DNA of 63,364 bases, filler included, from Octopus bimaculoides (GCF_001194135.2; 6 parts of 5 records of this genome joined end to end with filler, not necessarily neighbours in it), one strand, 5' to 3'; numbered from the whole stretch's first letter, positions 14,571 through 28,195 are shown. Program-made: numbers and translations. The notes: generated from the letters alone by a model not told the origin.

Positions 14571-14670
14571 NNNNNNNNNNNNNNNNNNNNNNNNNNNNNN
14601 NNNNNNNNNNNNNNTTAATTAATTAANNNNNNNNNNNNNNNNNNNNNNNNNNNNNNNNNNNNNNNNNNNN
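14571..14670. other. Artificial scaffold spacer N44-TTAATTAATTAA-N44
   Basis: Identical 100-bp structure occurs five times; the 12-mer puts stops in all six frames. Confidence 0.95.
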
Positions 14671-14772
14671 AGGTTGAGCAGGGTATTGGATTTAACCAAA
14701 CCCAAGAGGATACAAATAATACCGAGTAAAGATTTTTGAGAAGAATATAATAATAGATTACTTTATTTTTTC

Positions 14773-14823
14773 TGTCTCCGATGAAGGGAAGTACTGGATC
14801 TTCCCAGAAACAGCTGTAAGACA
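14773..14823 (+). ncRNA. Minimal type-I hammerhead ribozyme-like motif (Penelope/retrozyme type)
   Basis: TGTCT-CCGATGA-A-GGGAAG(8 nt)CTTCCC-A-GAAAC-AGCT-GTA-AGACA: stem I TGTCT/AGACA, 6-bp stem II, palindromic ACAGCTGT helix III, GUA triplet; core U4 replaced by C. Confidence 0.65.
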
Positions 14824-14883
14824 CTATCCATAAAATACTTCTCCAACCTTACCATTGCTCTCTTTATCTTTTTATTTTTATAT

Positions 14884-14939
<56 letters not shown>

Positions 14940-14984
14940 GCATACATGCATGTATGTATGTATGTATGTATGTATGTATCTATC

Positions 14985-15224
14985 GTGGACTCGATTCCCA
15001 GACCGGGCGTTGGGTTGTGTTCTTGAGTAAAGCATTTCATTTCACGTTGCTCTGCGATCATTTCGTCATCTGACATGTGGCACCTGTACAGGTAATGTCG
15101 AGTTGATGGAGGGAGTGAGCTTATGTGTACACAAACATTTGATCACTATAAACATATCACCTGTATGGTTGTTGGCAAGAAATTGCCCCGAGCCCTCATA
15201 CATCGTCTAATGATGGGAAGTCCA

Positions 15225-15230
<6 letters not shown>
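14985..15230 (+). mobile_element. tRNA-derived SINE family D fragment
   Basis: ggactcgattcccagaccggg..catttcacgttgctc..acctgtacagg..acatttgatcactataaac, shared with 60829-61100. Confidence 0.65.
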
Positions 15231-15264
<34 letters not shown>

Positions 15265-15266
<2 letters not shown>

Positions 15267-15440
15267 GGCGGGCTTCTTTCAATTTCCGTCTACCAAATTC
15301 ATATTTTCATTCACAATGCTTTGATTGATCCGAGGTTATAGCAGAAGAAACCAGTTCTAAGTGCCACGCAGTAGGATTGAACGCAGAACTGTGTGGTTTG
15401 GAAGCGAACGAGCAAGCTCTTTACCACACAACAACGCCTG
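15265..15440 (-). mobile_element. SINE family C 5' part
   Basis: cggcgggcttctttcaatttccgtctaccaaatt..gtgccacgcagtaggattgaac..ttaccacacaacaacgcctgcg. Confidence 0.7.
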
Positions 15441-15720
15441 CGTCGATTTAGATATTTAAAAATATTTTTTATAAAGCTGACTCACGTTGAAATAGGTCTC
15501 AAGTTTTATTATTGCCATTATTTACATGATTTTCCAGTTTATTTTTTATACTTAATATTTCTTATTTGATTTTCTAATATTGCTATATACATAGATAAGT
15601 TATAAAAAGTTTGAGTTCAGGCACATTAGGTTATTGTTGCCATTTTAAGGATGAGAATTACTAGCGCTGATTTCTTTCGTTATTTCGTTAAGAGGGTATA
15701 TAAAATTATTATAATTTTGT

Positions 15721-15914
15721 GAGGTAATATTTATCCTCATTCAAACGTGAATGTTCTATTAGAACAGACTATATTGCAGTAAATACCAGGAAAGAAACTC
15801 TCATATTGGCATTTTGCACCAAATGCTAATATGAGAATTTCTCTCATGGTATTTACTACAGTATAGTCTGTTCTAACAGAACATCCACGTTTAAGTAAGG
15901 ATAAGTATTACCTC
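15721..15914. mobile_element. Fold-back / MITE-like palindrome, 94-bp arms, 6-nt loop
   Basis: 15721-15814 aligns without gaps to the reverse complement of 15821-15914 with 12 mismatches (counted by eye). Confidence 0.75.
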
Positions 15915-16119
15915 TCAGTATTAATATTGCCTATGTTGCTAATGTATATAGTTGTTATATTTTATATCATGTTCATTAATTACATTACTATCAAGCGTTG
16001 TGAAGGATGCTAGTACTAGAGTTTGGATGTATATTTTAGACTTTGTATAATTATTTTCAGTATTCTGCATCTTACCCATTTCAGGGCTATCCAGATTAGT
16101 AGGGTAAACAAAAGAGAGA

Positions 16120-16159
<40 letters not shown>

Positions 16160-16169
16160 NNNNNNNNNN

Positions 16170-16211
<42 letters not shown>

Positions 16212-16496
16212 AGAATGAGTGAGAGGAAGTTTATGGTATTTTTTATGTGTGTTTTTTTGTTATCTTTATTCATTTTGCTAGCATTAAAGTATTCTGTAAG
16301 ACGCAAAATTTGGTGTTGTAGAGTTAGAGAATTTAACTGTGCATTTATCAAAAATAGAGTAATACTTGTAGTTAGGGGGAGAGTTCCTACTTAATCCATC
16401 AAAGAAAGCTTTAGGAACTCTTGTCTTAACGTTTCTCGTACAAGATGCTTTAAGCCAAGTTACATTCCATTTACTCTTTTTAATATTTCTTTTTCC

Positions 16497-16620
16497 TCCG
16501 CCGAGGCCAACTTTGCCTTTCATCCTTTCGGGGGTCGATAAATTAAGCACCAGTTGCGTACTGGCGTCGATCTAATCGACTGGCTCCCTCCCCAAAAATT
16601 TCGTGCCTACAGTAGAAAAA
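16497..16620 (+). mobile_element. SINE family A, 5'-truncated
   Basis: ccgaggccaactttgcctttcatcctttcgggggtcgataaattaagcaccag. Confidence 0.75.
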
Positions 16621-19600
16621 AATATTTCTTTTTCCCTTGTGTATTACTATTTTTAATGGACGGTGTATAGTAGTTATCTTTTGTGGAATTTATCTTTTAA
16701 AGATGTGTTACAAGAGTATTCAGTTGTCGATAATCCCAGAATAGATTATATTATTTCTTAACTTATCTTTTAAGTTAAACTTTTTAGCATTAGTTTTACG
16801 CGTGTTGCAGCAGTTTGACTCAACCTTATGAGATTTTTTCAAACATTTTCTTTTATTGCAGTGCTTAATTCCATGCTTAATTACATATTCACACTCAAAA
16901 GATTTAGATACACCAATTTCGGGTTTTAGTTTTATTATTTTTTCGGAGTATTTGTAGAATTAATAGGGTTTTCTTTTTTAATTTTTATATCTACTGCTAG
17001 TTGCGTCATTGTGGTTATATTAGTATAATGACGTATTCATTTGTATGCAGTATTTTCAGGTTTAGAAGGTTAAGCGAATGGTTTGCTTGGTGTATTAATG
17101 CTACGAATGTTTATGATCAGAATTGACGCTAAATTTAGAGTTATATTTATCAGTGGATGTAATAAATTAGATCTTATCTTCAAAACCACTTTCCAACGGA
17201 GCCTCATTATAATATTCAAGGTTATTAAATATTTCTAAGTTGATGATGTTTGGATAAATTAAGTTAAATATTCTTCACAAAATTCTCTATAATAGATTTT
17301 GGGTAATTAAAATTTTTGTGCATGTAAAGATTTTCATTATGTTTGTGGAAACTCTCTCTCACACACACACACATGAGAGAGAGAATTCTAGTTATACTAC
17401 ATAGTGAGTAGATTTTGTAATTACTCTGGAAAATTTATATGATGCAAAATGTAAAGAAGCTTTTTGCTGAAAATCAGTTAATTACTAATTAATACCTACT
17501 TTAGTAAAAAAAAAAAGAAAAACCCAAAACGCAACAACTTTACTTACAGAATTCCAAAGCGAAAATTTTCTATATTAAGGAATCAGTCAGTCATAGAACT
17601 TAGTGCAAACAGCGTTTAATAAAAAATATTCTCTTAGAAATAAAACTTGTTATTGCAATCAACTATACTTAATACGATGGTTATCCCGGGAGTAATGTAA
17701 AAGTGAGCATAACTTATTTTAATAACTGACACAAGTCGTTCAATGGAAAGATATTATACTTTAGCAATACATTCTGACGAAGTGCTAAACGATGTCAAAT
17801 TTAAAATATTTTCCACACATCGACGTGAACTGATTCGCGATAGGTCACTGAGTCAATAAGGTAAACCAGATCCACCTTCAATAAAAATATCAAGAGAAGA
17901 ATAAAAACGCAATGTGAAACAAGTTATATGATGGTCTGCATGCCACGCCAGACACCACTATCTCGCAGCTTTGCTGCAAATTTCTTGTTCGTTTCTCCAA
18001 ATAAATTATCGGAAATAGCGATAGATGGGTAGAGAAATATCACTCATATTATAAATATTATGATATAAATTACCCTCTAAGTCAGAGAAATTAAACAAAA
18101 ATCTAGCAGCAGTTGTTAGTAATCCGAACAAGGGAAGATAATTTTAATAAATTGAGATTAAATTATTGGATTAACATACTTGAAGAAAAAGATAATCTCA
18201 TCTGTTTATAGGCAAGGTTCAATGTTTTAGGTCTCAATTTAAACTCATCGGCTATAAATAATATGCTGAACACATTAAGCTCTCTATCATTTATGAACAT
18301 GTCTAAAATTGATCTGGAAGTAAGCTAGGACTATTCTAGGAAGATGAGGACATAATTAGACTGAAACATTATGTCAGTAATTGTTTCTTTCCTTCAAGCA
18401 AAGATCAGACTGTTGTTTTCCTAACCAAATTAATCCAATGAAGAAATTATTCATAAATTTCACAAAATTGCCTCTTCTTTGTTTTTCAGAGATGCCAGCA
18501 ATTTTGACTAGTTTTAAGTTTTCCTTCTCTGACTCAGAGGAAAATTTTGAATCACGAATTTCTTGTGTACGAATGAAACGATAAAGTGACTCGCTGTGGT
18601 TGCATTTTAAAGTAAGCTTCAGGGGAATACGAAAATAATGTAAATGATAAAATTGCCATAGCTGGATTTTAAAATTGTTTCACCGTTAAATCTTGATTAC
18701 TTTTATATTATGCTTCAGGTGATAAAGATTATATCAGTAAAATACCCTTCTTCACGATCGTTTGTTGCCTCTACAAAGTGCAGTAAGAACGCTCAACCAT
18801 CATCATTTTAAGCAGAAATACGGCAGACTAGGTCTTAGAACGTCGATGGGCTTAGAAATGGTATTATGTTTAACTGAGCATAAAAACTATGAGCATACAA
18901 AAAATCTTGAACATATTAAACTCGAACACATTCAATATAACATGTTTGAAAGAATGGCTCTCTCTACTCCGCTCTCTCTCTCTTTCTTTCTCTTTCTCTC
19001 TCTCTCTCTGTACATAAACACACACATACGCACACAAACATGTCTGTATGTGCGTGTGTGTGCTTTCATATATGTGTGTAAGAGGGAGTATAGTTGATAA
19101 GTACGTGCTTAAAAATTTTTTTGAAATTTATTTTAAATGAAATTCTTTCGTTTCCAAGTGTGTTACTCCAGGCATACTTCAAGTGATAAGAAATACGTTA
19201 GCTTTAGGCGCGGCAGTAATATTACAAGGTGTTTATGTTATGGCCACCTGGTGGGGATAAGAACACCTATTTATCTCATGTATAGCGCTATCGGTTCGGA
19301 AAACCACAACTATTCTTAGGCACACCATAAGTTGAAAAACTAAACTATTTTGATAATTCTTAAACCATCTTTTCAGAATAAATATCCTTTCAGAAATATA
19401 ACTATCACGCGAAGAAATTAATTGCTTTATATTTTCGTCTATAAGCGTTTTCCTACATGTCATGTTGAACATAGGATTTTGAAAATATTTTCAAAACATT
19501 TTATTATTTTACTACTACCTTACTTTTACTGGTTTCAGCCGTTCATTCTGCCTGTCATTCTGGGATTCTGCAGGAAAAGGGTTAAATCACTTATATCAAC

Positions 19601-19937
19601 ATTCAATAAGTTGTCTGGTATTTATTTTATCGATTTCATTAGGAACTAAGACAAGTCGACCTGGGTGTGAATAGTGAGAATATAGTCGGAACAACACGCG
19701 CGCGTACGCACACATACAATTTTAAAGAAAATAGGCTATATATTCTTGTGTGAGGTAAGTAGCTATTTGTGTACTGTTTACAATATCTGCAAACATGCTG
19801 GTGGCAAGTTGCAATCAGCCTCGATTGTTTTTAAATATCATGCATGAGCAAGTCTTCTACTAAACCTTGGTTGGTTAGAAAGGCATTTCCAACTGCAGAA
19901 CCTTATGATTAGCCATGGCCGAAGGAGATTCCCAAAT

Positions 19938-19939
<2 letters not shown>

Positions 19940-20020
<81 letters not shown>
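19940..20020. repeat. (CA)n microsatellite
   Basis: Direct reading. Confidence 0.95.
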
Positions 20021-20021
<1 letters not shown>

Positions 20022-21011
20022 TCACACATATCCGACGGTGTTCCCTACAATTTTCACACAAAGCTTTCATAGATCCGAGGATAAAGTAGAAGACACTAGC
20101 CTGGTGTATCACGTTGTGGGATCGGATCCAGAACAGTATGATTGTGGAGCAGATGACCATACATATGTCTTGTGTATGTGCATACACACACACACATATA
20201 CCACATACACGCACACACATATACCACATACACACACACACACACACACATGTCACCATAGTTTGGTGGTTATTTAAATAAATATTTCGGTAGTTTTATT
20301 TAATAATTGACTAAGAATAAGCTCTTCTATAATAAAATCTTGAAAATCGATATTGCAGTCAATTAATGATATTTTCAATTGCAAGTTTTAAATCAATACT
20401 ATTCAATATTCAGCTATAGTGTACAAAATAAGGCCTCCTTTAGAAATTCCTCAATTTTGAGTGAACACGTGAACCACAAATAAACGAAGTGACCTCTAGG
20501 ATATCGCTCAACCTTTTTCTAATGATATTATTTAGAGCGGGGGCGGGTCCTGCGCATAAAGGTTTTAACGGCTATACGAGCCAGATCCACATGCTTGTAA
20601 GAGAGTGAACTCCGCTAGAGACTAGTCGTGGGGATAAACTGAATGATAGATTAAAACCTACAAGAAATAATAACGGAATTCAAAAGACACCATACCATCT
20701 TAAAATACGGAAGGTGATATCCGGCAATATAGTCCTAGTTTACAAAAAAGGACGCGATGGTCACATTCAACACAGATTTGTTCAGTCATATGATCTGGTA
20801 CTAAGGAATGAGGGCAGCAATAATCATCCAACCTGTAAAAAGTAACTTCTTAACTTTCTTAGGAGTACTGTAGGCTCTGTAAGTTTACACGTCGATACAT
20901 TTCCACCAACATCACAGTAAGTCATATAAAATCAACTGTTGGATAGATAACTCACGAAATTGGTGAAATGATAAAAATATACTTACGGTAAACTTATAAT
21001 GAAAGAAATAG

Positions 21012-21090
21012 AGAGTGAGAGAGAGAGAGAGAGTGAGAGAGAGAGAATGAGAGAGAGAGAGTGAGAGAGAGAGAGTGAGAGAGAGAAAGT

Positions 21091-21158
<68 letters not shown>

Positions 21159-21165
21159 AAGAAAG
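21012..21165. repeat. (GA)n microsatellite with GT interruptions
   Basis: Direct reading. Confidence 0.92.
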
Positions 21166-21547
21166 AGACTTCTGGTGTTTCTGGTTCAGAAGATTTCTGT
21201 GTATTCTTATACGTAATATACAGAGATTATCTTGAAGTGGTTGCTACTGACTAACTAAACAAGAGGCTGTCCCACATAAAAATTGGAATAACAGATTACT
21301 TACAGACCATTCCTTGTTTTGCGACAAGAAGCTACGGCCCGACTATCTGAAATTTTGCACGTTTTGTATTTCCTATCTCGGCCAGAGCTAACTGATCTAG
21401 TAATGAAACATTTCAAATATAGTTTGTTCAGAGCAATCATACAATTTGTCTTTTGATTGGATTTTACACTTGATATATTTTCCTATTCCTCCCATGAAGC
21501 AGTTGTCTCATCGAGGTTTGATGATATTACTTGGAAGGTAATATCAT

Positions 21548-21727
21548 AAATGTTTAGTGGCATTTCGTCCGTCTTCAAGTTCTGGATTCAAATTCCACCG
21601 AGGTCGACTTCGCCTTTTATCCTTTCAGGGGCTCGATAAAATAAATACCAGTTGATCACTGAGGTCAATGTAATCAACTTACCCACTCCGTCAAAATTAC
21701 TGGCCTTGTGCCAAAATTTGAAACAAA
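21548..21727 (+). mobile_element. SINE family A copy
   Basis: Core gaggtcgacttcgccttttatcctttc; 3' ggccttgtgccaaaatttgaaa. Confidence 0.75.
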
Positions 21728-23298
21728 TATTACTTGGAGGGAGATATCTGTGCAAACAGCGACCAAACTTAAGAAGGATATTGCTGAACAATGCCGTGCT
21801 ACATATATATGAACATGGAATGCGGACAACTTCCTCCTGCTCGTTCACCACCAATTTTTAACCGTAGATATACGGATCTTCAAATTATTGATCAAACATG
21901 GAATAAATAAAAGTATGTATATGAAGACATATACACATTTCATGGTCACCGTCCAATGACTGAAAAGCTAAAAACAAAAAAAAAAGTTTGCGCACGAGTG
22001 CGTGTTTGCGCGAACCAGATATTCACGAGTACTACAGTGGCTCGCCGGGCCCTGCACCAACACACCGGCTGGGTACTGCTCTTATAAGTTCTACTATGGT
22101 GTTAATCAACAAATATATTTACTTTTTCATCCATGGAAATATTCGCATTTTGTTTTATTGCATAAAGTGTAATACAATAAAAAAAATGTAGGTCATTTCC
22201 GTAGTTATGAGGTGCATTTCTTGGTTATGAGGTGAATAAGGGTTTCAACCAGGAGGGAGTATAGATTCTCGATTTTACCCAGAAAAAGGTGTAGGTGTAT
22301 AGAATCCCTTACCCTAGATATAATCCTGGAGAGACCCTTCTGGAATGAATTAGTTTTGTTAGAGAACTTGATATTTCATATTATTTTCAGTACATTCTTC
22401 GTGTAGTTAGCCAGTACAGGGTTAGATATGTGTGCGCGTGAACGCTCATAAAAGCTAGTACCTGTCTTTGTGACCAGAACACCTTTTGTCAAAACTCTGA
22501 GCGGTCAAACTAATCTTGGCCAGGAGGTTCTATGTGTCTAATTGACCTGTTCAAAGTAGCAGTGAAAGCTCCCACAAATCATACACAACTATCTTCAAAA
22601 TAATTTGAGTTGCCCCTGATATTTTCAAAAACAGAAGGTGAGCTTGCTAGAAATGAACCAGCAAAATTTCATCTAATTCACACATCATACCGATTTAGGG
22701 CTGGATGTGTATTGTTGAAAGCCTTCCACTACCAAATGTGTGTGTGTGTGTGTGTGAGTGAGTGAGTGAATGTTATAGCACAACTTCAGATTTATGCCCC
22801 CAATAAAAATTGTTTCCTCAGAGTTTTCTCAATAAAGCATATTTTCAAACGAAATTTTGCAGCGATACCTTTTCGACGGTGTACATTACGATTGCGTCGG
22901 GTAATTTTTTAAAAATGTTTTACTTCTAAAAAAGAAAAAAAAAAACAAAAGAAAAAGAAGTTCAGTCCTTTTTTAACTATTCAAAAACTTGCTCATCATC
23001 ATTGCACTGCATGGAAAAAATCTATGAGAGTATCTTGATTGATATTATCCATTATCGACATGAAATTGGACAGCATCATAAAATAAAAATTCTAGCATAC
23101 GTTTAGCCTGGGAAATTTTTTATCGTGCCATCCAATTTCATGTTGATAATGAATAATATCAATCAACATAATGACATAGAATTTTTTTTCTTTTGTGAAC
23201 GATCATGAGCAAAGTTTTGAGTGGTTAAAAATAGTAAACTTCTTTTTTCGTGTAATACATATGCTCAAAAACCACTGTATGCATGTGCGCTCGCACAC

Positions 23299-23357
<59 letters not shown>

Positions 23358-23464
23358 TTTCTTCTCTCACATCTTCTGGTCGTCTTTGTTTTTTACAGCG
23401 CATGTGCAAAGTCAGCCCTCACTACCGCCTCTAGCGATGCAAGACTATTTGAAATTTCTTATAT

Positions 23465-24045
23465 ACATATCCATCCATTTCCTCTACGCTCTGTTCGTGG
23501 AGGATGAGGAGAGGGTCGTGAGGATAGAACCCTGAGCAACCACCATTATACTTTCCTGCTGGATTCTCAAGCATGACAAAATGAGAGTATGGATATTATC
23601 CAGCCATCTCGCTCATGGTCTACCCCTAAGTTTCCTACCGATTGGCTCAGCAGGAAGAACATGTCTTGCGAACCGTTCGTGCAGCATTGTAACTATATGT
23701 CCGAAGTACCAGAGGTGTGACCTCTCAATGCGGAGAAGTAGTAGTTCGACCTGGAAGACTCCGTGATCTCCAAGCTACGCGCCCTGTCGAGTAGCAGTAT
23801 GCCAGAAATCCTCCATTGAAGCCCCATTTTCACCGTTTGTATTCGGGATCGTGCCCTTTCGGTCTGCATCAAATATTCATAACTATGAAAACAAAACTGA
23901 AGACAGCGAGTTTGTATTTTTCTTTTACTAACCTCTTCCTTTCTGAGTATTGAATGCTGAAGCGGGCACGTTATTGTACTAGCCCCTGCAATTTGCATAA
24001 GGGCTACTGCACAGTTTAACTGAGCCCGCTACTCCATACTTGCGA
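23465..24045 (-). mobile_element. RTE-clade LINE 3' fragment
   Basis: MQTERARSRIQTVKMG..RISGILLLDRARSLEITES, then LLLRIERSHLWYFGH.., AEPIGRK.RGRP..RWLDNI in shifted frames; short GGAT-type tail. Confidence 0.8.
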
Positions 24046-24083
24046 AGAAAACTTTTAAGTATTCACCACTGTTCCTATACATA

Positions 24084-24115
<32 letters not shown>

Positions 24116-24229
24116 TACTGAACAGCTGCTTATGCATGAGAATAACAGCCACAGATTTTAGAGTTCAGCTTTTACATTAAACTCTAATATTTGACTACTT
24201 CAATGCAATAGTAGGTATAATAATATTCC

Positions 24230-24700
24230 TTTCTGCTACAGGCACCAGGCTTGAAATTTTTGGGGAGGGTTTACTCGATTACTGCTCGATTGCTTCTTAT
24301 TTGATCGTCCTCGAAGGGATGAAATGCCACCTCGGCGGCATTTGAACTTAGAACGTAAAACCCGGAAGAAATGCCGCTAAGCATTCTGTTCGGCACGGTA
24401 ACGATTCTGCCTGCACGCAAATTTCCTAACGTATAATAATAGACCTCTGTACAATAAGCACAAAGCCTGAAGTTTTGTGGGAGGATTTAAGTCGATTACA
24501 TCAGCCCCAGTGCTCAACTGGTACTTAATTTATCGACCCCGAAAGGATGAACAGCAATGTCGATCTCGACGGAATTTGAACTCATAATGTAAAGACAGGT
24601 GAAATGCCGCTAAGCATTCTGCCCGGTGACCTAATGATTCTGCCCGGTGACCTAATGATTCTGCCCGGTGACCTAATGATTCTGCCAGCTCACAGACTTC
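24230..24700 (-). mobile_element. Two tandem SINE family A copies (about 24230-24420 and 24445-24700); the second has an internal 21-bp triplication
   Basis: Two successive cores; attctgcccggtgacctaatg x3 at 24616-24678. Confidence 0.78.
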
Positions 24701-25379
24701 CTAATGTATAATACTAATGCATATAATTTATAACTTGTTAAACCGTATGCTAAAACGAAAACATTAGAAAAAAACAGAACAAAACACCCAAAAAGCCAAA
24801 AAAAAATCAATGATATTTCAAAAACATTTTTGCTATTGCCGTTTCAATGACAATCACAAACGTTCACAACTGTCTCACTATTAATAAAAGTTATTATAAT
24901 TACATCAAAAATTAATAACGAAGATAACTATAATTGTATGAGAGTCGTTTCGTTAGGAAAGTTTTCGACAGACACACACACATAGACACACATGTGTATT
25001 AACAAACTAGGAGGAAAACTGTCCAAAGGCATGATTGTACCCAACCCGACATAACCAGAGAACACACATCCGTTGTGTGTATGGACAGCTTTATCTTTCT
25101 GCTTGTATTAGTTTTCCAAAATTATGCCTTATTTATTATATCTTCTTTTATAGTTATACATTTAGCATATTACCCTATTGTTGCTCAAATTTTTAAAGTA
25201 CATCCTTTGTATAATGTCTCTGATCTTACACGTTAATTTCTACAGAATAATTTACACTTCATATACAACTCCTACTCTTATAGTTCCAGATACTGTCTTA
25301 TTTTATATGCATGTATCAAGTGAACTCAGAGGCTAAATAAAAATGATCTCCGGGAAGCGTAACGGATCCTCTGCGTGTG

Positions 25380-25411
<32 letters not shown>

Positions 25412-25963
25412 CGTAGTATTTTACCTTTTATTTGTTTCAGTCGTTGGACTGCGGCCATCTTTAGACTTCGCCTTGAAGGGTTTAGTCGAAAAAATCGACT
25501 CCCAGTACCTAGTTTTAAAGTTTGTTATTTATTTATTCTACCGTTTTTTTTTGCTGTAAACAAACCAGCACCGGTTGTCAAGTGGTGATGGGAAACAAAC
25601 ACACANNNNNNNNNNNNNNNNNNNNNNNNNNNNNNNNNNNNNNNNNNNNNNNNNNNNNNNNNNNNNNNNNNNNNNNNNNNNNNNNNNNNNNNNNNNNNNN
25701 NNNNNNNNNNNNNNNNNNNNNNNNNNNNNNNNNNNNNNNNNNNNNNNNNNNNNNNNNNNNNNNNNNNNNNNNNNNNNNNNNNNNNNNNNNNNNNNNNNNN
25801 NNNNNNNNNNNNNNNNNNNNNNNNNNNNNNNNNNNNNNNNNNNNNNNNNNNNNNNNNNNNNNNNNNNNNNNNNNNNNNNNNNNNNNNNNNNNNNNNNNNN
25901 NNNNNNNNNNNNNNNNNNNNNNNNNNNNNNNNNNNNNNNNNNNNNNNNNNNNNNNNNNNNNNN

Positions 25964-25996
<33 letters not shown>

Positions 25997-25999
<3 letters not shown>

Positions 26000-26155
26000 C
26001 ACTCCGTCGGTTACGACGATGAGGGTCCCAGCTGATACAATCAACGGAACAGGTTACTCGTGAAAAGACACATATACCTTAACACAGTTCTCAGGGAGAT
26101 TCAGCGTGAAACAGTGTGACAAGGCTGGCCCTTTGAAATACAGGTACTACTCATT
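25997..26155 (-). mobile_element. SINE family B 3' fragment
   Basis: cactccgtcggttacgacgatgagggtccc..cacagttctcagggagattcagcgtg matches 13860-14070. Confidence 0.7.
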
Positions 26156-26872
26156 TTGGGTGTGTATGTACGTGTGTATCTATATAACATCCGATATAAA
26201 TGTTCGTTAGGTGGTTGATTCCTCAAGTCACGTTATAAATCGTATGGTCTTAGTAGCAGGCAATGAGTGAAGGAACGCGATACACACGGAGTGAGAGAGA
26301 AAGAATCAGAGACAATGAAGAGGAGGACTAAATGATAGTAGTTATAGGAAGAGTTGTGGGGATGAGAAATATGTTCATTTCATTTCATTTTATTTTGAGG
26401 TAATAAATATTTTTCTAGTGAAAATTAGTATTTATTCGTTATTCTGTATAAGCACCAAAACATTTGATAAAAGCTAAATTATAATTACTGTAAGCATATA
26501 ATTATTCCTGATGTAACCCATGGTGGCAAAAAGAACTGATTCAAAATTACCCGTCGTAATACCCGCACGCCCCCCCCCCNNNNNNNNNNNNNNNNNNNNN
26601 NNNNNNNNNNNNNNNNNNNNNNNNNNNNNNNNNNNNNNNNNNNNNNNNNNNNNNNNNNNNNNNNNNNNNNNNNNNNNNNNNNNNNNNNNNNNNNNNNNNN
26701 NNNNNNNNNNNNNNNNNNNNNNNNNNNNNNNNNNNNNNNNNNNNNNNNNNNNNNNNNNNNNNNNNNNNNNNNNNNNNNNNNNNNNNNNNNNNNNNNNNNN
26801 NNNNNNNNNNNNNNNNNNNNNNNNNNNNNNNNNNNNNNNNNNNNNNNNNNNNNNNNNNNNNNNNNNNNNNNN

Positions 26873-26914
<42 letters not shown>

Positions 26915-26994
26915 GGAAGTGAACAAACAAAACGAAAGAACACTCAATACATTTAGTAGTTTCATGTATACCTTCAGTGCTGATATCAGAATGG

Positions 26995-28195
26995 AGTTCT
27001 GACTGAGAAATTGTGGTCTATTAGTCTTGAAGAGTATGTTAGTCTTGTATGGACGGGCTAACGATACAGTCGGTGGGAATTATGAAGCAGATAGAAGAGA
27101 GGGCTATAACTACTTGGAGATTTTGGAAATGGATAAATTGATGGAGAAAGAAATGACACAAAAATTTAAGGTGGAGTACTTGCGCAGACTGCGACTGATC
27201 CTTAAGACGAAATTAAACGGACGGAATAAGATCGAAGCTATCATCACCTGGGCGGTTTCACTCCTAGATATGGAGCAGGGGTAATTGCATGGACAGTAGA
27301 CGAACTAAACAGCTTAGACAGAAAGACAAGGAAGTTGCTAACTAGATAGGGATCACTCCACCCAAAAAGTGACACAAACAGACTGTATATACCAAGAAAA
27401 AGAGGGGGAAGAGGACTTATTGGATACGAACACACCATTAGAGCAGTAGAAAACAACATAGCATGGTATGTAAAAATTGCCACAGAACCGCTATTACTAG
27501 AAGTAAGAAGGTCAGGCTTGTGTACCATGAAAGATTGCAAAGATAAAGCACTGTACAAGAATTGAAAACGAATGAAACTTAAAACACGTGGATAAAGAAA
27601 AGAATGCATGGTCAATTTCATAGGGATGTTGAAGATAAGACAGACAGAGAAAGAAAGATGGCTGTGGATGAATAAAAGAGATTTAAAACCGGAAACGGAG
27701 GTTCTAATCTGCGCTGCCCAAGAGCAAGCACTAAAAACAAACTACATAAAATACAGAAGAGACAACACAGCAGAAAGTGATAAGTGAAAAATCTGTGGAC
27801 AAAACGGTGAAACCGTATGGCATATTACTAGCCAATGCACGCCACTAGCCCAGAGGGAATATAAGAGACGCCACAACAATATAGCCAGGCTTGTCCACTG
27901 GACACTTTGCAACAACAAGTATGGGCTTGACAGAGTAAAGAATTGGTACGACCACAAACCGTCGAAAATAGAAATGCAAAGATCCTATGGGATTTTATGA
28001 TTCAGTTCGACCATGAGATAGAGAATAGGAAGCCAGATATAGTCTTAATTGAGAAAGAAAACAAACTATGCTGGATCATAGATATAGCATGCCCAGCTGA
28101 CAACAAGGTATACGATAAGGGAGAAAGAAAATTTGAGAGATATGACAGGTTAGCTTGGGAAATTAAGCAGTTGTGGTCGATGAAAAACCTGAAAG
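26995..28195 (+). mobile_element. R4/Dong-clade non-LTR retrotransposon internal fragment (RT thumb, CCHC, RLE)
   Basis: YNYLEILE..EYLRRLRLILKTKLNGRNKI, LHPKSDTNRLYIPRKRGGRGL, AAQEQAL, KICGQNGETVWHITSQC, RKPDIVLIEKENKLCWIIDIACPAD..KFERY; several frameshifts. Confidence 0.9.

Noticed and set aside
14615-14626. TTAATTAATTAA as a homeodomain-binding or other regulatory palindrome
   Set aside because: Always centred in exactly 44+44 Ns, five times; synthetic.
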